A stretch of 64,000 nucleotides of DNA, taken from assembly GCA_963776765.1 (NCBI GenBank), contig CAVZOK010000009.1, forward strand, positions 60,750 to 124,749, in the 5' to 3' direction. Origin of the DNA: Candidatus Sulfomarinibacteraceae bacterium (GTDB taxonomy: Bacteria > Acidobacteriota > Thermoanaerobaculia > Thermoanaerobaculales > Sulfomarinibacteraceae). Positions 6,787-15,447 of the stretch are shown piece after piece. The notes under the pieces are model-generated. The model saw only the letters and a program-made list of their open reading frames with translations. It was not told where the DNA came from and ran no database searches. The stretch's first letter is position 1. Each line of letters begins with the position of its first letter. A program made the position numbers and the translations under genes.

Positions 6787-9700
6787 ATGAATCAGAAATC
6801 GCGCAGATTTGTTATTTCATTTTTTGGCCTCGTTGCCATGACCGCCCTGGTTGGGCCGGCAACGGCAACTGAGGTTGCGGTCTCCAACCCCGGGTTCGAA
6901 CAGCTCGAGCCGACCGGCACGGTGGGTGGGTGGCGCCTGGCGACGGACGTCTCCAGCGATGGCTCCTCGTTCGGCGCCGACGGCGAGCAGGCCCACAACG
7001 GTGTCGGCAGCGCCAGGCTGGCGGTCAGGGGCCACGGCACGGTGACCGCCGAGTCCGATCCTGTCGCTCTCGAGGTTGGAAAGCTCTACCGGCTGAGCGG
7101 GTGGATCCGCACCGAGGGTGTGGTCTCGGACCCGATGTCCAAATACCCGACCGCCGTTCCGGCCTGCCTCACCATGGAGGCGCTGCCCTTCACCATCCAC
7201 TCGCCGTCAGTCGGTGGCGACTCCGACTGGTTCCGGGTGGATCTGCCGTTCATCGCCACCTCCGCCTCGGACCGGGTACGGCTCCACCTCGGCTACAACG
7301 GGACTGCCCGCGGCACCGCGTGGTTTGACGATGTGTGGATTGAAAAGGTCGAGGACATCAACGACTACATTCCTCTCGATACTGTCCGCTGGTCCGGCCC
7401 GGGTTTCCGCTACGACGACCAGGGTTGGATCTTCGTCCACATCGAGGGCGAACCCTATGAGCGTGGTTACCAGTACGGCTCGCTGATGCCAGACGAGATC
7501 GTCGAGTACATTCGCAAGCTCGGCGTGGTGCAGCACCGCGATGACCCGGAAGCGGGCTGGGACACGATACGCTTCGAAGCTGACGCGCTTTTCCTGCGCA
7601 AGTACGACCATGAGTATCTGACCGAGATGAAGGGCATCGCCGACGGCGCCGCTGCTGCCGGTGGCGAGGCATGGGAGAGGCCGATCGACCTCCGCGATAT
7701 CGTTGCCATCAACTCGGTGGTCGACATCGGCCAGCTTCACCGTGCGCTCGAGGTGACCCCCAATTCGCTCACGGGGCAGGCCTTTGTTGCTCCGGAGGAG
7801 GAGTTGGACATCGAGGTCGAGCAACACAAGTGCTCGGCGTTTGCCGCCACCGGCCCCGCGACCCGGGACGGCGACATCGTTTTCGGTCAGATTTTCATGT
7901 GGTCCGGCTACACCGGCATGCACTGGAACGTCATCACCGACGTGGAGCCCTCGGACGGATACCGGCTCGTCTACCACACGTTCCCGGGCGGCATCCACTC
8001 GGGGGCCGATTTCTACCTCAACGAAGCCGGCATCGCCTTTGGAGAGACCACGGTCTCGCAAACGCCATATGAGGCGAACTCCACCCCGCAATCGAACCGT
8101 GCCCGCAAGGCCGCCCAATATGCCGCTTCGATCGACGACGTCGAGCGGATCCTGTGGGAGAAGAACAACGGCATGTACACCAACGACTGGCCGATCGCCG
8201 ACTTCGAGACCGGCGAGGTGGCGATCCTGCTCCTCGGGACCCACAAAAAGAAAATGTGGCGGACCTCCGAGGACATGAATCCGTTCGGCACACCCGGCTT
8301 TCTGTGGGCCAACAACAACAACCGCGACCCCGAGGTCCGCAAGGAATACGTGGCCCAGCCGGATGACCGGCCCTTCGACCTCATGTTCTCGCCGTGGAAC
8401 CGGGATGTGGCCTTCAATGAGTTCTATCGCGAGAACAAGGGGAAGATCGACGCCAACGCAGGTGTCGCACTGTGGGCCTCGTCGCCCGTCAACCGCGCCC
8501 ACGCCTGCGATGGCAAGATCACTAACACCGAAATGGCCAACGAGATGGTGTTCCTTGCCCACCACGGCAAGGTGACGCTGCGTGAGAAGTTCCCCACCAA
8601 GGGCTGGCGCTACCTTCCGGCGGATCTGCCGGACGCCGACCCCCACCTCAGCCTCGGTTATTCGGTTGTGAGCCCGATCTTTGTCGCTGATCAGCTCAGG
8701 GCTGCTCGGGCCAACCGAAAAGCCAACATGAGGGAAGACGAGACACCGGACCTCGAGCTCGGGGCGGCGGCCGCGGCATTCGAAATCGACAAGAAGGACC
8801 TGTGGCGCGGCACGGTCGAGCCGGCGTCACCGGCCGAAAGCTGGTTCGTCAGCGCTACCGCCGCATACTGGCGGATTCTCGAGGCGCTCGACTTCGAAGA
8901 TCCAGAGGCCGCATCGGAGGAGCTGGCGAGCGAGCTCGCAGCTCTCGAGGCGCGTTACCTCTACACCGTTTCCCGCGAGCAGGATCTGCCGGCGCTCGAT
9001 GCTCACCGCGCGTACGATCGTTACGCCCCGTATCTGTTGCCTCGGATCAAGGGCACTTTCGCTCTTCACCAGTTGCGGTTGCTGCTGGGCAACGACGTCT
9101 TCTTCGATGTCATGGCGATGGTCCACGACCGCTACCGCGGGAGCGAGATGACAACGCAAGAGTTCACCTCGGTTGCCGAGGAGGTTTCGGGCCGCGAACT
9201 GGCGTCCTTCATGGACCAGTGGCTCAACCGCGTCGGCCTCCCTCATGTACGACCGAGCGCCAGCATCAAGCAAGCTCGCGGTGGGGGATGGGACCTGTCT
9301 GTTGGTGTCGAACAGAGCGGTGAACTCTATCGGTTTGTGACGCATCTCGAGGTCGAGGCTGGAGGCGATCGTTTCCTCCATCGGATCGAGGTAGTAGGGA
9401 AACGGGGCATCTTGCTCCACTTCGACGAGCGCCCGACGCGAGTTGTCTTCGACGCTTTCCATGATCTCCCGGTCGAACATGGAAATTTCTACGAGTGGCG
9501 CAACCTGATCGACGACTTTCACGACACCGTCATCGTCTACGGCACGGCGCGCCAGATCGAGGCCAACCACACCATGGCGCGGCGTTGGCAGGAGAAGGTT
9601 GCCGACACCTACATCGAGATCCTGCCGCCGCTGGTCAAGGACTCAGAGGTTGCCGAGAATCAGGTGCCCAACCAGGATCTGATGGTGATGGGGACTCTGA

Positions 9701-10002
9701 AGGATAACTATTTCTTCAGCCACATGCCGGAGAACATCCCGGTGCGCTTCGGTCGCAACCACTTCGAGTGGATGGGGGAGACCTACGGCGAGCCTGACGA
9801 TGGGCTCTTCCTGGTCGTGCCAAATCCCTGGAACCCGGAGCGGGTGATGTATGTCCTCGCCGCCAACTCGGGCATGGAGCTCTACGACATGACCGAGACC
9901 TATCACCGGGACATTCCACAGTGGGCCCGTTTCAAGGGCGACGAGATCGTCGACCGGGGTTACTACGACCGTCCGGGCTTTGTCATCGAACTGGAGGACT
10001 GA
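6787..10002 (+). CDS. Secreted multidomain protein: CBM-like N-domain + peptidase C45 (Ntn acyltransferase/hydrolase)-like core + M1-aminopeptidase-like C-terminal region
   Basis: GGAGG RBS and ATG at 6787. Signal peptide MNQKSRRFVISFFGLVAMTALVGPATA. C45-like EQHKCSAFAATG nucleophile context. C-terminal KGTFALHQLRLLLGNDVFF...ELASFMDQWLNRVGLP resembles the M1 family, but I saw no HExxH. Confidence 0.7.
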   Translation: MNQKSRRFVISFFGLVAMTALVGPATATEVAVSNPGFEQLEPTGTVGGWRLATDVSSDGSSFGADGEQAHNGVGSARLAVRGHGTVTAESDPVALEVGKLYRLSGWIRTEGVVSDPMSKYPTAVPACLTMEALPFTIHSPSVGGDSDWFRVDLPFIATSASDRVRLHLGYNGTARGTAWFDDVWIEKVEDINDYIPLDTVRWSGPGFRYDDQGWIFVHIEGEPYERGYQYGSLMPDEIVEYIRKLGVVQHRDDPEAGWDTIRFEADALFLRKYDHEYLTEMKGIADGAAAAGGEAWERPIDLRDIVAINSVVDIGQLHRALEVTPNSLTGQAFVAPEEELDIEVEQHKCSAFAATGPATRDGDIVFGQIFMWSGYTGMHWNVITDVEPSDGYRLVYHTFPGGIHSGADFYLNEAGIAFGETTVSQTPYEANSTPQSNRARKAAQYAASIDDVERILWEKNNGMYTNDWPIADFETGEVAILLLGTHKKKMWRTSEDMNPFGTPGFLWANNNNRDPEVRKEYVAQPDDRPFDLMFSPWNRDVAFNEFYRENKGKIDANAGVALWASSPVNRAHACDGKITNTEMANEMVFLAHHGKVTLREKFPTKGWRYLPADLPDADPHLSLGYSVVSPIFVADQLRAARANRKANMREDETPDLELGAAAAAFEIDKKDLWRGTVEPASPAESWFVSATAAYWRILEALDFEDPEAASEELASELAALEARYLYTVSREQDLPALDAHRAYDRYAPYLLPRIKGTFALHQLRLLLGNDVFFDVMAMVHDRYRGSEMTTQEFTSVAEEVSGRELASFMDQWLNRVGLPHVRPSASIKQARGGGWDLSVGVEQSGELYRFVTHLEVEAGGDRFLHRIEVVGKRGILLHFDERPTRVVFDAFHDLPVEHGNFYEWRNLIDDFHDTVIVYGTARQIEANHTMARRWQEKVADTYIEILPPLVKDSEVAENQVPNQDLMVMGTLKDNYFFSHMPENIPVRFGRNHFEWMGETYGEPDDGLFLVVPNPWNPERVMYVLAANSGMELYDMTETYHRDIPQWARFKGDEIVDRGYYDRPGFVIELED

Positions 10003-10024
10003 ATCCCGTCTCCGTGCCCGTAAA

Positions 10025-10058
10025 GGGCTATACGGCTATACGGCCGTACGGCTAGACC
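10025..10058. repeat. 8-mer tandem array (GGCTATAC-type)
   Basis: gggctatacggctatacggccgtacggctagacc starts 23 nt after the stop at 10002. Confidence 0.85.
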
Positions 10059-10116
10059 GCTTCACTAGCCCGCCTTACAAGCGCCTCAGGCTTGTGGGGC
10101 AGCCGTCTCGGCTGCC

Positions 10117-10162
10117 GGGTGGTTGGACGGATCGGGTGTCCAGCATCGAGCATCCAGTATCG
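10117..10162 (+). repeat. Box+tail element: GGGTGGTTGG ... (TCCAGCA/TCGAGCA heptamers)
   Basis: Read directly. It ends 7 nt before the stop (10169-10171) of the minus-strand hydrolase. Confidence 0.8.
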
Positions 10163-10168
10163 TGCGGG

Positions 10169-11032
10169 CTAGCCCTCCGCCTGCTGCAACCCATCAACAA
10201 CCTGCTTCAGAAAATCGTTGAACTCCTCAGGCTTCTCCATCATCAGAAAATGGCCGACGCCATCCATGATGACGCCATCGAAGTCCGGCTGATAGGTGCG
10301 GTTGACTTCGACGTTGGTCGGGTAGGTGGGTGCATTGACGTAGCGCACGGGAACGTCCACCGCCGCCAGCGCCGGGCCCATCTCGTAGCTGAAGAATTCA
10401 CGCAACAGAGCGATCGCGATCTCGGGTGAATGGTCGCACATATCGCTCGTGACGCGCTCGATGAGCTCTGGATCCGCGCTCTCGAGAAACATCGACGTCG
10501 TGAACTGCAAGCAGGTCCCGGCGAAGTCCTTCTCGTACGCCTCGAGGATCTCGTTGAATTGATCCGGATCGTACTTCGCATTGGCGTCCTGGAGCGAGTC
10601 GACGGCGACCACGCCGATGACCCGATCCGGCATCAGCCGCGCGGCTTCGAGGACCGTCGATCCGCCCATCGAGTGTCCAATGAGAACGATCTCGTCGAGG
10701 TCGAGATGCTCGACGACTTTTTGCACGTCGCCACCGAAGGCCAACAACGACCAATCATCGCGGTCCATCCCCGAGAGCCCATGACCGGGGAGATCGATCG
10801 TGATGACTGTGTTCGTCTGGCTGAACTCCTCGACCTGTGCCGCCCAGAACGTCTGGTCGCACATCCAGCCGTGGATGAAGACCAGCGCCGGCGAGCCGGC
10901 GCCCGAAACGGTGTAGGCGATTCCAACGCCATCGGATGCCGCGACCGTGCCCGGACCCGCCACGAGGGGTGACGGATCATCGATCGGTGCAAGCTCATCG
11001 GTTGCGCCGCCACAGGCGAGCGCGAAAATCAA
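10169..11032 (-). CDS. Alpha/beta-hydrolase, probable lipoprotein; 5' end apparently frameshifted
   Basis: GHSMGG elbow and FIHGW. The lipobox LACGG follows only 4 residues after a TTG start. A strong GGGAGG-N5-ATG at 11060 is 1 nt out of frame. Confidence 0.7.
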   Translation of the reverse strand: MIFALACGGATDELAPIDDPSPLVAGPGTVAASDGVGIAYTVSGAGSPALVFIHGWMCDQTFWAAQVEEFSQTNTVITIDLPGHGLSGMDRDDWSLLAFGGDVQKVVEHLDLDEIVLIGHSMGGSTVLEAARLMPDRVIGVVAVDSLQDANAKYDPDQFNEILEAYEKDFAGTCLQFTTSMFLESADPELIERVTSDMCDHSPEIAIALLREFFSYEMGPALAAVDVPVRYVNAPTYPTNVEVNRTYQPDFDGVIMDGVGHFLMMEKPEEFNDFLKQVVDGLQQAEG

Positions 11033-11127
11033 TACACTCGAGCACTGAAACGGATTTCATGAAAGCCTCCCGTGAGGCGGATAGTCTATCCGACCCAGGA
11101 ATGGGCGTGCCGCGTCAACGTTGTTTT

Positions 11128-11226
11128 GAACCGCTAAGAACGTCAAAGACCGCAAAGGCCGCCGCAAAGAAGTTCCTTTACATAGGTCAGAGATGATCTT
11201 TGCGCTCTTGGCGATCTTTGCGGTTC
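11128..11226. repeat. Palindromic element with arms built from CGCAAAG-type units
   Basis: The left arm gaaccgctaagaacgtcaaagaccgcaaaggccgccgcaaagaag faces the right arm atctttgcgctcttggcgatctttgcggttc. Confidence 0.8.
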
Positions 11227-11230
11227 AACT

Positions 11231-11271
11231 GGATGGGTGGGGGAGCCGTTAGGCCGTTTAGCCGTAGGGCC
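11231..11271 (+). repeat. Box+tail element: GGATGGGTGGGGG + (AGCCGTTn 8-mers x3)
   Basis: Read directly. It lies 24 nt outside the pfk stop codon. Confidence 0.85.
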
Positions 11272-11294
11272 GACAAGCCTTCATCGGACGCGGG

Positions 11295-13550
11295 TCAAGT
11301 CGAAGTCTTCGCGCTTCCCGACGGTCCAGTCTGAGCGAGCACCCGTGCGATCGGACGAAGATCCATCCACCACTGTGATTTTGGCCGCTGGTGTTCGGAG
11401 TCGACCTGACGGCGCAGAGTCTCGAGTTCGGAGAACTCGATCTTGCCGTCGTTGAGTCCGATCGCGAGCGCCGCGTCGGTGCCCGCCTCAGCCTCGTCGA
11501 TCAAGCGCTCGACGCAACGTTTGGCAAGACGGGTGGCGAGGATGCGGTCGAAGGGGCTGGGGTCGCCGCCCTGCTGGAGGTGGCCGAGGATCGCTTGCCG
11601 GACGTCGAAGAACTCGCCCCCCTCTTCCTCAAAGAGCGAAACCATGAACTGGGTGTCGTAGCAGGCGTTGGCACCCTCGTTGCGGATCATGAGGCCGAGG
11701 CGTTTGCCGTTCCGGAAACCTTCGATGAGGTCCTGGACGTCTTTCTGGAGGTCGGCGATGGTGACCCCCTCCTCGTTGAGATAGACCCGTTCGGCGCCGC
11801 TCGCGATGCCCGCCATGAGGGCGAGATAGCCGCAGTAACGACCCATCACCTCGACCACGAAGCAGCGCCGAGAGGCGACTGCCGACTGCTTGATCTTGTC
11901 GACAGCTTCGACGATCGCGTTGAGCGCAGTATCGGCTCCGACCGAAAGCTCCGACCCCGGGAGGTTGTTGTTGATCGTCGCCGGCATACAGATGAGAGGG
12001 ATATTGAAGGCCGGAAACGCCTCACGTTTGCGGGCCAGACGGAGCGAAGCGTCATAGCCGGACCAGCCGCCGATCATGAGGATGCCGTCGATCGAGAGAT
12101 CCTCGATATTGCGCGCGATTGCGTAGAAGTCTTTGCCGCTTGGAATCGTGCGGTTGATGCCGAGCTCGCAACCGCCGGCTGTGGTCCAGCCACGCACGCT
12201 CATCCAACCGAGCTCCTCGATATCACCGTCAATCAGCCCTTGAAATCCGCCACGAATACCGAGCATCTGGTGCCCCTCGTCGAGAGCGAGCCGCACGGCG
12301 GCGCGGGTGGCGGTGTTCATGCCCGGCGCAGGTCCGCCCGACGAGACGACGGCGAGGCGGAGCCTGCGCTGACCCGAGCTTGGGGGATTCGGAAGTGACC
12401 GCAGCAGGGTTTGCAGAGTGTCGATGTTGTCCGAGAAGCTGCCGCCTCGCAGTCGGAGGGCCTCGTTGGCGTCTTTGTTGATGATCGCCGCATAGACCTC
12501 GGCGGTGGCCTCGACACATTCGGCCAGGGGCTTCCGGGTGATCCGGTTGTGCTGCACGCCCACCAGTTGGGGTATCGATTCCGGGCCGGCCGCCATCACT
12601 TCGTGAACCGCGGCGTGGCCGAGAAGGGTCCCCATAAGGCGATCGTAGGCCGACGGTGCGCCGCCGCGCTGGACGTGGCCGAGGATGGTGACCCGAACCT
12701 CCTCTTCCATCCGTTCTTCGAGGACCTGTCGGACGCGTTCGGCGGTGATCGGTTGACCTTCGCTGTCGACCGCACCCTCGGCGACAATGACGATGCTGTC
12801 GCGACGCCCAGCCTTGCGACCGGCGCGCAACCGCCGCGGGAGGATCTCGGTCCACGAGCCACCGGGCAACGGCGCTTCCGGGATGAGGACAGCGTCGGCG
12901 CCAGTTGCGAGGCCGCTCATCAGCGCCAGATAGCCGCAATGGCGGCCCATGACCTCGACCACGAAGGTGCGCTGGTGGCTTGCCGCGGTGGCGCCGATGC
13001 CGTCGACTGCCTCGGCGATCCGGTGGAGCGCGGTATCGGCTCCGATCGACATATCGGTTCCGGCCATGTCGTTATCGATCGAAGCGCCGATGCCGGCAAG
13101 CGAAAGGTAACTGTGCCGTTCGGCCGCCTCGTTCTGAATACGGCCCTGCTCCAAGAGCTGAGCAATCAGCCCGGGCCACTCGCGATGGAGGAGATCGGCG
13201 GCGGTCAAACTTCCGTCGCCACCCATCACGATCAGGCGGTCGATTCCTTGTTCGACGAGGTTCTGGGCGGCGCGAAGTCGACCCTCGCGTTCGCGGAATT
13301 CGTCGCAACGGGCGGTTCCGATGACGGTGCCGCCCAGGTGCATGATGCCGCCGGCCGCATCCCAATCCATCGACTTGAAGGCGTCGCCACCCTCAACGAG
13401 TCCCCGGTAGCCCTCGCGGATGGCAACAGCTTCCACGCCCTCTTCAAGGGCCGTCCGTACCGCCGCGCGTAGGGCGGCGTTCATACCGGGCGCATCACCA
13501 CCACTGGTCAGGATGCCGAGCCGGTTTGTTTGTTGGTTCAGATCGTTCAT
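11295..13550 (-). CDS. pfk: 6-phosphofructokinase, tandem-duplicated (two PFK domains, ~750 aa)
   Basis: N-half GILTSGGDAPGMNAALRAAV...MGGDGSL...GHVQRGG. C-half AVVSSGGPAPGMNTATRAAV...IGGWSGY...GHLQQGG. ATG at 13550 (TTG at 13553). Confidence 0.9.
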   Translation of the reverse strand: MNDLNQQTNRLGILTSGGDAPGMNAALRAAVRTALEEGVEAVAIREGYRGLVEGGDAFKSMDWDAAGGIMHLGGTVIGTARCDEFREREGRLRAAQNLVEQGIDRLIVMGGDGSLTAADLLHREWPGLIAQLLEQGRIQNEAAERHSYLSLAGIGASIDNDMAGTDMSIGADTALHRIAEAVDGIGATAASHQRTFVVEVMGRHCGYLALMSGLATGADAVLIPEAPLPGGSWTEILPRRLRAGRKAGRRDSIVIVAEGAVDSEGQPITAERVRQVLEERMEEEVRVTILGHVQRGGAPSAYDRLMGTLLGHAAVHEVMAAGPESIPQLVGVQHNRITRKPLAECVEATAEVYAAIINKDANEALRLRGGSFSDNIDTLQTLLRSLPNPPSSGQRRLRLAVVSSGGPAPGMNTATRAAVRLALDEGHQMLGIRGGFQGLIDGDIEELGWMSVRGWTTAGGCELGINRTIPSGKDFYAIARNIEDLSIDGILMIGGWSGYDASLRLARKREAFPAFNIPLICMPATINNNLPGSELSVGADTALNAIVEAVDKIKQSAVASRRCFVVEVMGRYCGYLALMAGIASGAERVYLNEEGVTIADLQKDVQDLIEGFRNGKRLGLMIRNEGANACYDTQFMVSLFEEEGGEFFDVRQAILGHLQQGGDPSPFDRILATRLAKRCVERLIDEAEAGTDAALAIGLNDGKIEFSELETLRRQVDSEHQRPKSQWWMDLRPIARVLAQTGPSGSAKTST

Positions 13551-13599
13551 CAATTCATTGCCTCAGTCATTCTCATCGAGCGGGCATTCTAACCCGGCT

Positions 13600-14343
13600 C
13601 TACGAAAACGCTGAGATTGCGGCGCGAAATGCGGCGATCAGGACGATGACGGCGAAGAGTCGTTTGAGGGCGGTGGCCGAGAGTTTGCTCTCTGCGAGGT
13701 GGGCGCCGGCGAGTCCGCCGATCAGCACTGCCACCCCCAACGGCAGGGCGATATGGAGGTCCACGGAACCGCGCAGTCCGTGCGCTGCGAGGCCGGCAAT
13801 CGAAAGGATGAGGACGGTGGCCGAGTTGATGGCTGCGACTTCGCGCGGGCCCGCCCAACCGAGGAGCAGGATGAGCGGGCCAAGGAAGATGCCACCGCCG
13901 ATGCCGAGAAACCCGGAGGCGAGCCCGATCGCAATGCCCGAAGGGATGGCCACGATCCACAGTCGGGCGGTTGTGGGTTGCTTCGGGTCATCAGGACTGG
14001 CGGCCGTTTTCAGCATCGCGGCTGCCGCTGCCGCGAGACCGATGGCGAGCACGATGAGAAATACTCGGCGCGGTGCATCTATCAGACCGCCGATAAACGC
14101 GGCGGGGATGGCGGTGATCAGAAATGGCGCGACCAACCCGACACGAAGTCGACCCGCGATGCCGAACCGCAGCAGGGCGGCACTGGTGACGACAATGTTG
14201 AGCGCGAGGGCCGTGGAGGGCATGGTTTCGGTGTCGACGCCAAAGAGGGTCATCACCGCCAGATAGCCGGTGCCCCCTCCCAATCCCACTGCCGCGTAGG
14301 CCGCCGCCACCAGCGCGCAGAGCGGAGCCAGCAGCAACATCAT
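13600..14343 (-). CDS. TauE/SafE (TSUP) family sulfite/anion exporter
   Basis: 248-aa polytopic membrane protein with GLGGGTGYL and GIGGGIFLGPLIL motifs typical of the family. Start taken at the MM at 14343. Confidence 0.8.
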   Translation of the reverse strand: MMLLLAPLCALVAAAYAAVGLGGGTGYLAVMTLFGVDTETMPSTALALNIVVTSAALLRFGIAGRLRVGLVAPFLITAIPAAFIGGLIDAPRRVFLIVLAIGLAAAAAAMLKTAASPDDPKQPTTARLWIVAIPSGIAIGLASGFLGIGGGIFLGPLILLLGWAGPREVAAINSATVLILSIAGLAAHGLRGSVDLHIALPLGVAVLIGGLAGAHLAESKLSATALKRLFAVIVLIAAFRAAISAFS

Positions 14344-14562
14344 CGTCGTCGTCACACCCCGATTGTGCCATGACCCATCTCCGTGCCCGGATGATGCATC
14401 GGGCCGAGTAGCTTGCACGCGCCCTTCTGCCGTCGCGCTACCCGAGAGGATGCCAGGCACGCCGATTCGCCGACACATCCAAGCGACGTCGTTCACTCAG
14501 TGGCGAATCGGGAGCCAGGCACCTCCGGTCAAGGCGCTTGCCTCGCAGAATGAAACGCGGAT

Positions 14563-14606
14563 GGGTGGGTGGCAAATCCGAAATCCGAAATCCGAAATCC
14601 GAAATT
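14563..14606 (+). repeat. Box+tail element: GGGTGGGTGG + (AAATCCG)x4.7
   Basis: Read directly. Confidence 0.9.
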
Positions 14607-14610
14607 CCGC

Positions 14611-14655
14611 GGGGTGGATGGAATTCCGAATTCCGAATTCCGAATTCAGAATTCG
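14611..14655 (+). repeat. Box+tail element: GGGGTGGATGG + (AATTCCG)x4.5
   Basis: Read directly. It ends 19 nt before the HAD start codon. Confidence 0.9.
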
Positions 14656-14673
14656 TCTCGCTATACTCCCTCA

Positions 14674-15447
14674 ATGACATCACCAGCCCTCAAGGCCCTC
14701 CTCCTCGATCTCGACGACACACTCATCGACAACGCGATGGACACGTTCATCCCGGCGTACTTCCGCGCTCTGGAGGCTTTCGTGGCCGGGGTGGTGGAAC
14801 CCGGGAGATTCATCGAAGAGCTCCTGAAGTCGACTCGGGCGATGGATGGCAACGACGGCACCGGACCGAGCAATGAAGAAGTCTTCGCCGCCGCGTTCTA
14901 CCCGGCGCTCGGGGTGCCACGGGAGGAGATGGAACCGCTGTTGGCGCGCTTCTACAATGAGGCATTCCCCCGGCTCGAGCCGTTGATCGGCAAGCGCCCG
15001 GCGGCGCCGAAAGTCGTCGAGTGGGCGAAGGCTCGCAAGCTGCAGGTCGTGATCGCCACCAACCCACTCTTCCCACGCACAGCCATCGAGCAGCGGATGG
15101 CGTGGGGCGAGGTAGGAGTGGATGGTTTCGACTATGAGCTCGTCACTTGCTACGAAAACAGCCACGCCACCAAGTCGAGCCCGGCCTACTTTCGGGAGAT
15201 TGTCGATTTTCTGGGTCGACGGCCAGAGGAGTGTCTGATGGTTGGCGATAACTGGGGGTGGGACGTTGTCTGCGCAGGCCAGGCAGGAATTCCGAGCTTC
15301 TGGATTGCGTCGGACAGAAATCCTGCACCGGAGCCCGCCGTCGAGACTGTTGGACAGGGGGACCTTGATGCATTCCTGGCCGCCGCGGATGCGGGGAACC
15401 TCGAGGAAGAGTGGGCCCGGATAGTGGCCGAGAGGCGCTCGGTATGA
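14674..15447 (+). CDS. HAD-superfamily hydrolase
   Basis: Motif I LLDLDDTL, motif III/IV region VGDNWGWDV. ATG at 14674 follows the repeat arrays. The stop overlaps the next start (ATGA). Confidence 0.8.
   Translation: MTSPALKALLLDLDDTLIDNAMDTFIPAYFRALEAFVAGVVEPGRFIEELLKSTRAMDGNDGTGPSNEEVFAAAFYPALGVPREEMEPLLARFYNEAFPRLEPLIGKRPAAPKVVEWAKARKLQVVIATNPLFPRTAIEQRMAWGEVGVDGFDYELVTCYENSHATKSSPAYFREIVDFLGRRPEECLMVGDNWGWDVVCAGQAGIPSFWIASDRNPAPEPAVETVGQGDLDAFLAAADAGNLEEEWARIVAERRSV

Noticed and set aside
7207-8646. Long antisense ORFs opposite well-supported genes (for example 7207..8646, 12411..13472, 17322..18413, 21303..22088, 24412..25251, 52680..53735, 60495..61811, 62787..63356)
   Set aside because: They lie opposite genes with clear family signatures. 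Their translations are Arg/Gly/Pro/Ala-rich low-complexity strings typical of stop-poor shadow frames in high-GC DNA.
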